A stretch of DNA of 64,000 bases from Caldilineaceae bacterium. Lineage in GTDB: Bacteria > Chloroflexota > Anaerolineae > Caldilineales > Caldilineaceae. The translations under genes were made by a program, and so were the position numbers. Below are positions 8,890 through 18,237 of the stretch, in pieces (within the stretch, counting starts at the first letter, position 1; each line of letters begins with the position of its first letter). The stretch spans positions 1,105,876 through 1,169,875 of the forward strand of contig OZ243888.1 of assembly GCA_965213535.1 (NCBI GenBank). The letters are read 5' to 3'. Below the pieces are notes generated by a model that saw only the letters and a program-made list of their open reading frames with translations, was not told the DNA's origin and searched no databases.

Positions 8890-11800
8890 ATGATTTTGCG
8901 CCTGCTTCCAAGTGCTCGACTGCTTCACATTGCCATTGCTTGCCTATTTATTACCCAAGCTGCTTTCGCACCGCTCGACGCGCTCGCGCGCACGCAGCCA
9001 ACTGCCTCCGGTTTTCCCCGACAGCAGGAGCCGCCGGTCGATGCGCCGGTCGATGCGCCGATCGATGCACCCGTCCACAATTCCGTAGACGAGCTGCCCC
9101 CGAAAGTGCCCGGCGCCGGCGAGCCAGTGGCTGCACCGGAGACCGAGCCCTCGCCCGAAATTCCCGACCCCCTGGTTCCCGTCGAATTGAGCCTCTCTAC
9201 CGATGACGATTTGCTGCGCCCCAGCAAAGTGGTGCGCTTTGAAGTAAAGCTCTGGCGCTACGCCGATGCAACGTCTGACTTGACCGTGCGCGTCCAACTT
9301 CCCGAACAGCTGGAGATGGACGAGAATGAACCGCTGACGTGGACGCTGCCCGCTAGCGTGGGCGAGCAGCCGGAAATTGTGCGCGAGTTCAAGGTTAAGT
9401 GGCGCAACAAGCTGACGGATACGTCGGGCGCGGTAGTGGGGATTGGCGTCCAGGTGGAGGGCGCGGGTTACAGCGCCGTTGAGCAGCGCCTGTCGCTGGG
9501 CAGCACCGAGACGAGCGTTGAAGAAGCGGAAAGTATCGTCGGCACGCCGGAAGCCGTGCAGGACGCCAACGGCCTGGTGCTGGAAGGCACGGGCGGCGAC
9601 GTGATCGTGCTGGCCGAGCCGGATGCGGTGGAAGCGGGCACGGTCTTTCGCTACACGGATTTATGGCGGGCCGATGGGGCGAGCGAAGCAGTCGTCGTTC
9701 CCGTTGAGGTTGTGCCTGCTCAGGAGGTGGCCGAGCCGGTGGACGACCCGCAGCCGGTCGAGGCGGCCGCTCAAGCCGACGCGTCTACTTTCCTGCCGCT
9801 GGTAGGGACGGGCGCGGCGGGCGACGGGGGCGTGCAGGCGGCGGTGAGCGAGCCCAGTGCAGAGCAAAAGATTGAGCCACAGTGGGTAGATGATGTGCTG
9901 GTGTACCACACGTGGCAGCTGGACGCCATTCCGCCTGGGCAGACAGCGGGGGGCGAGCACGTTCAATTCAAAAAGAAGGTCAAGCTTCAGGTTAATGTGC
10001 AGTGGCTGCTGGAGGCAGGCGTCGACCCCAGCACGCTGGATTTGTGGACGCGCCCGGACGAGTCGCAGCCGTGGGAGCGGGTGGAGACGCAGTACAACGA
10101 AAAGCAGAATGTGCTTACGGCCAAAGTAGATCACTTTAGCGAATGGGGGCTGGGCGGCGGAATTACCGCGCGCCGCGAGGTGCTGCCCAGCGTTTCGCAC
10201 TTGAGCAGCGACCTGCAGACGGGCGCGGCGATGGCGAGCGTTCCGATTGAAGCGCCGGCGGGTTTGGGCGGGATGTCGCCGGGGTTGAGCCTCAACTACT
10301 CCAGCGGTACGGTCGATGATATTGATTTAGATAATGATGAGAATAACTACAAGGCACAGGCGGGCACGGCGGGGTTGGGCTGGGGATTGGGCGGCATCAG
10401 CTATATTGCGCTCACCGATTACAGCGTCCGCACCGGTTTTGAGGGACACGGATATCAGCTTGTTTTGAATGGTGCCAGCACACAACTGCGTGGGAATCAG
10501 GCCTATCCCGAAACGTTTGCCAAGATTCAGAAGAATCTAGCCCATGAGCTTCCGGACAACAATAAAGGCAAAATCTACTTTTCTGGCGAGTGGATCATCA
10601 CCACGCCGGACGGCACCAAGCACTACTTTGGCTCCACCGAAGACCCCCGCACACTGGACGGCAATCAGCGACTGAATGGATTTAAGTATCAAAGCTTGAT
10701 TGCTGGCGTGAACTATTGGGTGGTGACCAAATGGTATCTGCGCAAATCTGTAGACCCGCTGGGCAACCAGATCAACTACAACTACGCCTGGGACATGGGG
10801 CGGATTGGGGAAGACCCAAATCCAACAGATCAGGACCATGTTCCTCCCTGCTCCAACGGTGGAATTGCTCCCGGTGGCGGTCTCTTTGGCCGACAAAGCT
10901 ATCACCGCGATGTGCGGCTGCAGGAAGTGCTGTGGAGCAGCAACGCGACTTATGATGGCAACAGCCGCATGCGCGTATTGCTGGACTACCAGCCGCGCGA
11001 TGATTACGAGATCGAAGGCTGGGAAAGCAAGGATTGCAAGCAAGTTTTGTACAGCACGCAGCGGCTTAAGAACGTGCGCGTGCAGGTGAAGGATACGAGC
11101 AATACATGGCAGCTGCTGCGACAGTACGATTTGGGGTATCGCTACTCATGGGGAATCTCATGCAGTAGATCCTTTGACTGCTTTCATTCGCTGTTGGAAA
11201 CCATCACGGAGCGCGGAATGGATGGGGGCGCGCTCAACACGCAGCGCTTCGACTACAATCGCAACGGCACGGATCACGGCCAAATTCACCTGGATCACGT
11301 CGAGAACGGCTGGGGCGGCACGGTGGAGTATGGCTACCAACAAGTCTCCATGAGACGTTGCCAGTTAAATAGTGATTACACGATCAAGTCCAGTTGCTCC
11401 AGCAACGTTTTGAAGCGCTGGAAGGTTTCAAGCATAGCGGTTTACGACGGATTGGGTAACCGGTCCGAACGAGCCTACAGCTACACGGGCGCGCTGGAAA
11501 TCGACCGCGGGGGCGTCGACCACTACCTGGGGCACAGCTATGCCAAGGTAACCTACCGCACGCTCAACAGCTCGAGCAGCGTGCAGAAGGTGGAAGAGAC
11601 GTGGTTCTACCAGGGCAATATCGGCAGCACGGTGGGCCAAAGCGGCAAGCCCGATCCGCGGGTGGGACGCACGCAGTGGTTCAAAGTGCATCGGCCCAAG
11701 GGCAGCGGCTGCTCGACGGCACAGCCGGAGCAGCTGACGGGCTACTGCCGCATGTCGCAGACGAACACAGAGTGGACGGCGTGGCGCAAAGACGGCAGCA

Positions 11801-14800
11801 GCTGGGTTTCGACCAGCGACTACGCCGCGCGCCCGCTGTGGGTGCGGCAGGAGAGCGAAGTGGTAACGACGGACGGCGCGGCGGATGAGCGCTACTTCTA
11901 TTACGAGACCAGCCGCCAGAACAATCAGCAGTTTGGCAACGTGACCAAAATTGAGGAGGGGGGCAGCGCCGGCAGCCGGCTGCGCGCCACGACGGTTGAA
12001 TTCTTCCCCAATGTGGGTGCGTACATCGTGGGCCTGCCCGCGCGCACGCGCATTTACGGCAGCGGCGGCGACTGCTACGCGGAGAGCCGCACCATTTACG
12101 GGCGCGGCAACTACGCTGGCAACTACAACACGCAGCCGGGCTCGGGGCTGGTGGCTAAAACGGAGCAGGCGCTGACGGGCTGCTCGGACACAGCCGCCAT
12201 TGGCACTTACGACGGCAACTGGGCAACTACGCACTTTGATTACGACGTGTACGGCAACGTCATCACCGAGCACAGCCTCGGCACGGACAGCGACCGCAAC
12301 CTCATGATCAAGACGGTCTACGATGGGACTTATCACCTCTTCCCCGTGGAGCAGTATAACGAGCACCGCCCGGAGTTCAAGGAGACGGCCAAATACTGGG
12401 GCGTCAATCTGGGGGGCTGGACGGATGACCGCCTCTTTTGGGGCGCCATGGGCGAACACTGCGGCGTCAACGGAGCCTGCACGCGCCAGGCCTACGACGA
12501 GTTCGGCCGCGCGACCTACCAGTGGGCTCGCATTCCGACGGGCACGTCGTGGAGCGACGCCATCAACGCCAGCGCCCAGGCCAACACGCGCTGGGTCTAC
12601 ACGATGCACGGCCAAAGCGGCTCCAACCGCAACGTGATCACCGAATGGCATTCGCCGCGCTGCACCGGCAATTTCGTGCGCCACCACTACAACGGCATCG
12701 GCCAACTCGTGCAGGAGCAGACGCCCGACCAGGATTGGACGGGCAATACCGATGGCTGCAATCCCGGCAACAACTATAAAGAAATTGACGTCAGCTACCA
12801 GTATGATGCGCTGGGCCACCAGACGCGCGCCTCGGTGCCCAGCCGCACGAGCGCGGGCTGGGTGAATCGCGCGTTGAGTTGGAGCGCGGGCTATACGAGC
12901 ACGAGCTATGATGTGCTGGGCCGGCCCGTGCAGACCGTGGCGCCCAATGGGGAAACCACAAAATACAGCTACAGCGGACGCATTTCGCAGGCCGTTGCCT
13001 ATGGCGATAGCACGCGGAAGAGCCTCTCGTGGCAAGATTATGATGAATTGGGTCGCCTTCAAGCCGTCCGCGACTACAGCTACCGCAGCAGCGACAACAA
13101 GTGGCTGTATGGGGGTGTGCAGGTGTCACTCTCCTACGACAAGCTGGACAACCTGACGCGCGTCGACCACATTGAAGGTGGCTCTACCACCATGACCTAC
13201 GACGCCGCCGGGCGCAAACGGAGCATGAACGACCCGGATCTCGGCGCGTGGAGCTATCTCTACGACCGTCAAGGTCACCTCGTGCGCCAGACCGACGCGC
13301 GCGGCAAGTCGACCTGTCTTTTCTATGAAGCGCGCACGGGGCGGTTGGAAGGCAAGTTTTTGCGAGATGCCACCACCTGTCCCTCGACCCAAAGTTCTTA
13401 CCACATCGAATACAGCTACGACAGCGGCCACTCCGCCAGCAACCGCAGCCGTGGGCAGCTGACGCGCGTGCGCAAGCGCAACAGCATTCAGTCCAGCACT
13501 TACTACTATGACAAGCAACTGACCTACGACGGCCGTGGACGGCTGGCGAGCGAATCGGTGGCGATTGAAGGCGCAGCGACGACGACGACGCAGCACGTCT
13601 ACGATCCCTATCACCGTCCTTACGTGTTCGTCTACCCAGACGGCAGCATGGCCAAGACCTTCTTTAACAGCCTGGGGCTGCCCAGCCAGCTTTGCGAGGC
13701 GTATTTGGACAGCGGTGAATACCGCTGCCGATCTGGCAAGACGATTGTGGACGATGTGCGCTACAATGAAGCCGGTCAATTGGAGCGGATGCGGATGCCC
13801 GCGGGTGGCAACCTTTACCGCCACCAGCTCTACCACACGTGGACCGGCACGTCCGGCAACGGCAGCACGGGCAACGGTAATCGACGGTTGGCCGAAACTC
13901 GCGTGGGCACGAGCAGCGATCTCAACAACAGCGCCTCACACAATCGCCTGCGACTGCGCTACTGGTACGATGGCTACGGCAACGTGGCCAGCGCCCACGA
14001 GCAGTACAGCGGCGGCGGCACGGGGCAGTACACCTTTGCCTACGATGCCCAAAATCGCCTGACCAACGGCTACGGTCAGAGCTTTGCCTACCACATCGAC
14101 GGGCGCTTTACGCGCTTCGAGGGCGTGGACCGCACGCTCTCCAACAATTTCCCGCTGCACGCCACCTACAAGACGGCCAGCTTTGCCTACGACGCCAACG
14201 GCAACATGACGGCGCGGCCCAACCTGAACATGGAGTGGGACTACGAGAACCACCTGGCGCGCGCTTACGGCGGCGGCCTCGACGAGCGCTACCTCTACGA
14301 CGCCGACGGCCAGCGCGTGCGCAAGCAGGGCAGCGGCTACAGCGTCTACTACCCCTTTCCCCACTACGAGACGTCGACGGGCAGCGTGGTCACGGCGGCG
14401 CAGGCGCCGGGCGATCTGGCCCAGCAGATGCTGGACGAGGAGCCGGCGGATGGCGTAGACTGGGAGGCGGCGCAGGCCGAGACGCCAGCCGCTGAAACCT
14501 TGACGAGCCGCGTGCATCTGCCGCTGGTGGGCAACGGCGGCGCAAGCGACGCGGTGGGCGCGGCGGCGGTGCAGGCGGTGAGCACGACGCGCTACTACTT
14601 CTTCAACGGCCAGCCCGTGGCCATGTGGAAGGACGGCGCGCTGAGCTACCTGCACGCCAACCACCTGGGAAGCGTGGTCGAGACGACCGACGCCAGCGGC
14701 AACCCCACGGCGGGCTATAGCTACTACGGCTACGGGCGCAAGCGCAGCGGGCAGACCTTGCCGACCGACCACCGCTTCACCGGCCAAAAGCTGGACGGCA

Positions 14801-15588
14801 CGGGGTTGTACTACTACAACGCCCGCTACTACGACCCGGCGCTGGGCCAGTTTGTGTCGCCGGATACGCTTGTGCCGGATGCGAGTCGGGTGCTTGCGTA
14901 CAATCGGTACATGTACTCGGTCGGGAATCCGCTCAGATACAATGATCCCACTGGACACGTTTACGAAGATTCAGGGGATGGGGGCGGTGAGCTTACAGCG
15001 CTGATCCAGTTGCGGAGCTGTGGCGGCAGCGTCATGTGTGAAACCACGAATGTTGGTCAGTGGTTGCGCAAGCATCCGGAGTACGATCCGTTTGTCGACC
15101 CCAATTACGGTCAGCACGAGGGGTACGCCACCGTGCTGCTTATGCTAACGCAAATCAATCTTGACGACGGCAATCAAGAGCTGGCTTGGACCTACTTCTA
15201 CGCGCTGCACGAGAATACAGCCGCTCAAGCACCCGTTGACGCTGGGCTGTCACTGCCAGAAACGGCGGCTACTTTAGCTTCGGCTGGAATGTTTGGCCCC
15301 TTCTTTCGCCTAAAATCTCCAACCCAGACATTCGATGTCGCCAAGTTGCAAGAGGAGTCAGGCGAAATCTGGGGTAGGACTCCACGCAATGGTCACACTC
15401 CCACCGTTCAGGCGTATAATGGGCCTCTGCCAGAAGGAGTAGAAGGCATTGAATTCTACACAGATGTTGCGCCTAACTCTGGCCAACCACCAAGCCGTTC
15501 TAATTGGTCAGGCCCCCGATCCGGAGTACGTGTCGAAGGGGAATATGCAAAAATATGTTGTGTTGTCACACAGAATACACAGAGGTGA
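8890..15588 (+). CDS. rhs: Rhs/YD-repeat polymorphic toxin with signal-peptide-like N-terminus and variable C-terminal toxin tip
   Basis: 2232 aa. SpvB/TcB-like GGMSPGLSLNYSSG..GLGWGLGG segment, many YD repeats (YDALGHQT, YDVLGRPV, YDAAGRKR...). Core end is YYYNARYYDPALGQFVSPDTLVPD..GNPLRYNDPTGH, followed by an AT-richer tip. Confidence 0.95.
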   Translation: MILRLLPSARLLHIAIACLFITQAAFAPLDALARTQPTASGFPRQQEPPVDAPVDAPIDAPVHNSVDELPPKVPGAGEPVAAPETEPSPEIPDPLVPVELSLSTDDDLLRPSKVVRFEVKLWRYADATSDLTVRVQLPEQLEMDENEPLTWTLPASVGEQPEIVREFKVKWRNKLTDTSGAVVGIGVQVEGAGYSAVEQRLSLGSTETSVEEAESIVGTPEAVQDANGLVLEGTGGDVIVLAEPDAVEAGTVFRYTDLWRADGASEAVVVPVEVVPAQEVAEPVDDPQPVEAAAQADASTFLPLVGTGAAGDGGVQAAVSEPSAEQKIEPQWVDDVLVYHTWQLDAIPPGQTAGGEHVQFKKKVKLQVNVQWLLEAGVDPSTLDLWTRPDESQPWERVETQYNEKQNVLTAKVDHFSEWGLGGGITARREVLPSVSHLSSDLQTGAAMASVPIEAPAGLGGMSPGLSLNYSSGTVDDIDLDNDENNYKAQAGTAGLGWGLGGISYIALTDYSVRTGFEGHGYQLVLNGASTQLRGNQAYPETFAKIQKNLAHELPDNNKGKIYFSGEWIITTPDGTKHYFGSTEDPRTLDGNQRLNGFKYQSLIAGVNYWVVTKWYLRKSVDPLGNQINYNYAWDMGRIGEDPNPTDQDHVPPCSNGGIAPGGGLFGRQSYHRDVRLQEVLWSSNATYDGNSRMRVLLDYQPRDDYEIEGWESKDCKQVLYSTQRLKNVRVQVKDTSNTWQLLRQYDLGYRYSWGISCSRSFDCFHSLLETITERGMDGGALNTQRFDYNRNGTDHGQIHLDHVENGWGGTVEYGYQQVSMRRCQLNSDYTIKSSCSSNVLKRWKVSSIAVYDGLGNRSERAYSYTGALEIDRGGVDHYLGHSYAKVTYRTLNSSSSVQKVEETWFYQGNIGSTVGQSGKPDPRVGRTQWFKVHRPKGSGCSTAQPEQLTGYCRMSQTNTEWTAWRKDGSSWVSTSDYAARPLWVRQESEVVTTDGAADERYFYYETSRQNNQQFGNVTKIEEGGSAGSRLRATTVEFFPNVGAYIVGLPARTRIYGSGGDCYAESRTIYGRGNYAGNYNTQPGSGLVAKTEQALTGCSDTAAIGTYDGNWATTHFDYDVYGNVITEHSLGTDSDRNLMIKTVYDGTYHLFPVEQYNEHRPEFKETAKYWGVNLGGWTDDRLFWGAMGEHCGVNGACTRQAYDEFGRATYQWARIPTGTSWSDAINASAQANTRWVYTMHGQSGSNRNVITEWHSPRCTGNFVRHHYNGIGQLVQEQTPDQDWTGNTDGCNPGNNYKEIDVSYQYDALGHQTRASVPSRTSAGWVNRALSWSAGYTSTSYDVLGRPVQTVAPNGETTKYSYSGRISQAVAYGDSTRKSLSWQDYDELGRLQAVRDYSYRSSDNKWLYGGVQVSLSYDKLDNLTRVDHIEGGSTTMTYDAAGRKRSMNDPDLGAWSYLYDRQGHLVRQTDARGKSTCLFYEARTGRLEGKFLRDATTCPSTQSSYHIEYSYDSGHSASNRSRGQLTRVRKRNSIQSSTYYYDKQLTYDGRGRLASESVAIEGAATTTTQHVYDPYHRPYVFVYPDGSMAKTFFNSLGLPSQLCEAYLDSGEYRCRSGKTIVDDVRYNEAGQLERMRMPAGGNLYRHQLYHTWTGTSGNGSTGNGNRRLAETRVGTSSDLNNSASHNRLRLRYWYDGYGNVASAHEQYSGGGTGQYTFAYDAQNRLTNGYGQSFAYHIDGRFTRFEGVDRTLSNNFPLHATYKTASFAYDANGNMTARPNLNMEWDYENHLARAYGGGLDERYLYDADGQRVRKQGSGYSVYYPFPHYETSTGSVVTAAQAPGDLAQQMLDEEPADGVDWEAAQAETPAAETLTSRVHLPLVGNGGASDAVGAAAVQAVSTTRYYFFNGQPVAMWKDGALSYLHANHLGSVVETTDASGNPTAGYSYYGYGRKRSGQTLPTDHRFTGQKLDGTGLYYYNARYYDPALGQFVSPDTLVPDASRVLAYNRYMYSVGNPLRYNDPTGHVYEDSGDGGGELTALIQLRSCGGSVMCETTNVGQWLRKHPEYDPFVDPNYGQHEGYATVLLMLTQINLDDGNQELAWTYFYALHENTAAQAPVDAGLSLPETAATLASAGMFGPFFRLKSPTQTFDVAKLQEESGEIWGRTPRNGHTPTVQAYNGPLPEGVEGIEFYTDVAPNSGQPPSRSNWSGPRSGVRVEGEYAKICCVVTQNTQR

Positions 15589-15594
15589 TCTACG

Positions 15595-15918
15595 GTGTCC
15601 ACATTACAAGTTGTCTCACCTGACCGCTGGCCAAGTGGAGATGACAAGCCAATAGCGGTTCTTGATTTTACGCCTGATGAATTATCGTACCATTACCACA
15701 TTTCATTCAAATGGGATAGTGATGACTTCGACGAGTATCAGTTTGTAGCTATCAAGGATGAAACACTGGGGCAGATATGGCTGTTCAGGTACGAACATAG
15801 CCCAGACCCAGGCACTGAAGTGCTTGTCGATTCTGACATTAGTGTAGATACGGCTATTAAAGCTGTCATGAGTCTATTAAACATAGATAAGACTCACTTT
15901 ACCTGGGAAGCACCATAA
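15595..15918 (+). CDS. Putative cognate immunity protein of the main Rhs tip
   Basis: 107-aa acidic ORF starting 7 nt after the rhs stop. Called from position only; no family recognised. Confidence 0.45.
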   Translation: MSTLQVVSPDRWPSGDDKPIAVLDFTPDELSYHYHISFKWDSDDFDEYQFVAIKDETLGQIWLFRYEHSPDPGTEVLVDSDISVDTAIKAVMSLLNIDKTHFTWEAP

Positions 15919-15980
15919 GGTGTTCCCTTCTCATACTCGTTTGCATAAGAGTGTCAACATTGGCGCTCCATCTAGCGTAA

Positions 15981-16322
15981 GTGACCGCTGGGACTAGGCT
16001 AGATAGCGTTGCGTCCTGCTGCTCACCCATACCAACAAACGAAGTGAATGCGGCAGCGGAACAAGCCATAGACGTGACCCGCTACTACTTCTTCACCGGC
16101 CAGCCCGTGGCGATGAAGAAGGACACGGTGCTAGAAACCGACAGCAGGGGCAACGTGACGGTAGACGAAAAGTATTGGGCTTATAACAAACAGTGCGTCG
16201 AGTTTCATCAAATTGGCCGCCAAACTCAAAATGGTAGGCCAATCGCTCACGAACGATATGCTATCGAGGATATTCAGGCGGCAACGGGTACTAAGGTTAC
16301 GTTCTACCCTGATAATCGGTAA
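15981..16322 (+). pseudogene. Orphan Rhs fragment 1 (partial core, no DPxGH cleavage motif)
   Basis: AAEQAIDVTRYYFFTGQPVAMKKD..LETDSRGN matches main-gene 14560-14700. It then diverges without the YYYNARYYDP..DPTGH end. Confidence 0.5.
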
Positions 16323-16331
16323 GGGCATAAC

Positions 16332-16826
16332 ATGGGCAAGCAAGTCAATTTTTATGCCAACAACGACGATCTTCGTGAAGTGCAAGCTAAGTTAGAAGCT
16401 GAAGATGTCGTGTTTGTGGAGTCAAGATTCCCCAAGCAACAAATTGAGACAGTTGGTACGCTTCTTGTTCCTGTAATGGAAGAATCAGCACTCAGACTCA
16501 ACTTGATGAGAGGGCAAGATTTCCCATTGGTTCAATTCAACAAGAGGCAAGACTTCTTTGAGATAGACACCCTGCGCTCACCCGTCATTGAGTTTGATAG
16601 GTGCTATTACAACGACAGGCTGATGCGCAGGGGACGAGCCTTTTTTGAGACCGGGTTTTATGACAGCGCCGGGGATTGGACAAGTAAGCCCACTGATTTC
16701 AACCAATGGGGTGACCAATTCTTACGGTGGCTTCGTCGCTATTTCATAAGAGACGAAGCCACGAAGTTCTACATGGGTCCGCTTACGCAGGAGTGGGTAG
16801 CCGCTGAGAAAATTGCACTTGTCTGA
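16332..16826 (+). CDS. Hypothetical protein (possible partner of orphan 1)
   Basis: 164-aa ORF 10 nt after orphan 1. AT-rich, with no recognisable domain. Confidence 0.4.
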   Translation: MGKQVNFYANNDDLREVQAKLEAEDVVFVESRFPKQQIETVGTLLVPVMEESALRLNLMRGQDFPLVQFNKRQDFFEIDTLRSPVIEFDRCYYNDRLMRRGRAFFETGFYDSAGDWTSKPTDFNQWGDQFLRWLRRYFIRDEATKFYMGPLTQEWVAAEKIALV

Positions 16827-16852
16827 TGGAGCAGCACAACGAACTCCAACAA

Positions 16853-17840
16853 CACTACTTCTTTGGTAGCCGGAGGTGACAAAAAAGCGGTGCAGCAGCT
16901 TCTACATACACCCCGACCACCTGGGCAGCATGATGCTGGAGACGGACGACAGCGGCAACCGCCACGCCCCCAAAGCTACTTTGCCTTTGTCGCCAGACGC
17001 GGCGGCACGGCGTTGACGCCCGCCACCGAAAACCAGTTCACCGGCCAAAAGCTGGACGGCACGGGCCTGTACTACGACAACGCCCGCTACTACGACCCGG
17101 CGCTGGGCCAGTTCGTGTCGCCGGATACGCTTGTACCGGATGCGAGCCGGGTGGGGGATTATAATCGGTATTTGTATGCGCGCGGGAATCCCCTGCGGTA
17201 TAATGATCCGAGTGGGCACACACCAGGCGGGCCGCAGATTGATGGCGGCATCTGCGTTGTGATGGGGTGCAATGTTGACCAATGGAGCAGTCGAGACCAG
17301 ATGGAAGTATCTGCTCCGACGCGTCAGCAGATTCACGTTGCTCTCGATACCACCGGGTTTGTCGATCCAACACCGCTATCCGATGGAACTAATGCAATCC
17401 TTTACGCGTCTTAAAGAAAATGGACAGATGTTGGTCTGTCGCTTCTCGGACTCGTGTTCCTTGACCTTCTGAAAGGCGCACGCTATGCCGATGAGGCTGT
17501 AGAGATCGTCCAAGGCGCTGATAACTTCGCCGACGAAATCCCACTCTTTCGAGCTGTTAGCCCTGATGAGCTTTCAGATATCGAAGCTACAGGCGCATTC
17601 AGAAATCCTCCTGGCATCGAGAAAAAATATTTCTCAACCACTGAAGACGGTGCTCGACAATATGCTAGAATGGCAGAAGAAGCATTCGATGATCCTGCTT
17701 ATGCTTTCGTCAGTACAAGCATTCGCCGCAACGGCATTGAAGCGGATTTGTTAGCCGAAGTAGACATGGGCATCTCCACAGTTTTAGTGCCCACAGCTCA
17801 GTTGGATGAGCTAGCTACGCCCATTATCCTCGGTGATTAA
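16853..17840 (+). pseudogene. Orphan Rhs module 2: degraded core + PT-TG-like linker + unknown toxin tip
   Basis: Core is spread over three frames: HYFFG, then DHLGSMMLETDDSGNRHAP, then SYFAFVARRGG..YDNARYYDPALGQFVSPD..NDPSGH. An in-frame TAA at 17412-17414 splits the LDTTGFVDP..NAILYAS / RKWTDVGLSLLGL linker. Confidence 0.65.
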
Positions 17841-17872
17841 ACGTCAAGCTGCTGGGCAAGAAGGGAAATAAA

Positions 17873-18172
17873 ATGTCACCTGATGTTATGGCTAAGTTGA
17901 GCCTCTACCCAACGGAATTGAATGGACGTGAATCCCCCACGCCAAGCTCTAGGTTTTCGTTCATTATCGACTTGAACGATAATTTTCACGACGCGCGGGC
18001 CTACCTTGAAGGGTGCGGCTCAATCTCGCCAGGGCAGCAGGCGGAAGTTCCAATCAAGTTCCTTGATCCGGATACTGTTTTGCCCAAACTACAAGTGGGC
18101 GATCAAATTCCCATTTGGGAGGGAAGAGAAATAGGTCAACTCCAGATAATCCAAATTCCTTCCAGGAATTGA
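17873..18172 (+). CDS. Small partner ORF of orphan 2, EF-Tu domain III-like by motif pattern
   Basis: 99 aa. NGRESPTPSSRFSFII, SPGQQAEVPIKFLDP and IWEGREIGQLQII parallel EF-Tu GGRHTPFFKGYRPQFYF, MPGDNIKMVVTLIHP and IREGGRTVGAGVV. Confidence 0.45.
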   Translation: MSPDVMAKLSLYPTELNGRESPTPSSRFSFIIDLNDNFHDARAYLEGCGSISPGQQAEVPIKFLDPDTVLPKLQVGDQIPIWEGREIGQLQIIQIPSRN

Positions 18173-18184
18173 TAGGTTGTCGGC

Positions 18185-18228
18185 AAACGCTCGCAGCAAG
18201 ATTGATTGCTGCGAGCGTTTGATTTAGT
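18185..18228 (+). terminator. Hairpin terminator after orphan-2 partner ORF
   Basis: Perfect 15-bp stem AAACGCTCGCAGCAA / TTGCTGCGAGCGTTT with a 6-nt loop, followed by GATTTAGTT. Confidence 0.55.
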
Positions 18229-18237
18229 TGCGATAAT

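Noticed and set aside
11428-13062. 544-aa ORF on the minus strand inside the rhs gene (also 13936-14958, 340 aa, and 13126-13836, 236 aa).
   Set aside because: It is fully antisense to a strongly supported YD-repeat frame. Composition is Arg/Ala/Val/Gly-rich, as expected of high-GC antisense frames, with no recognisable motif.
8890-15588. Whether the Rhs protein belongs to an insecticidal Tc (ABC) toxin complex or a T6SS effector.
   Set aside because: No TcA-like, VgrG, Hcp or PAAR gene or motif was recognised in the 64 kb, and the flanking genes are housekeeping. This cannot be excluded genome-wide, so it is stated only as an open question under the Rhs finding.
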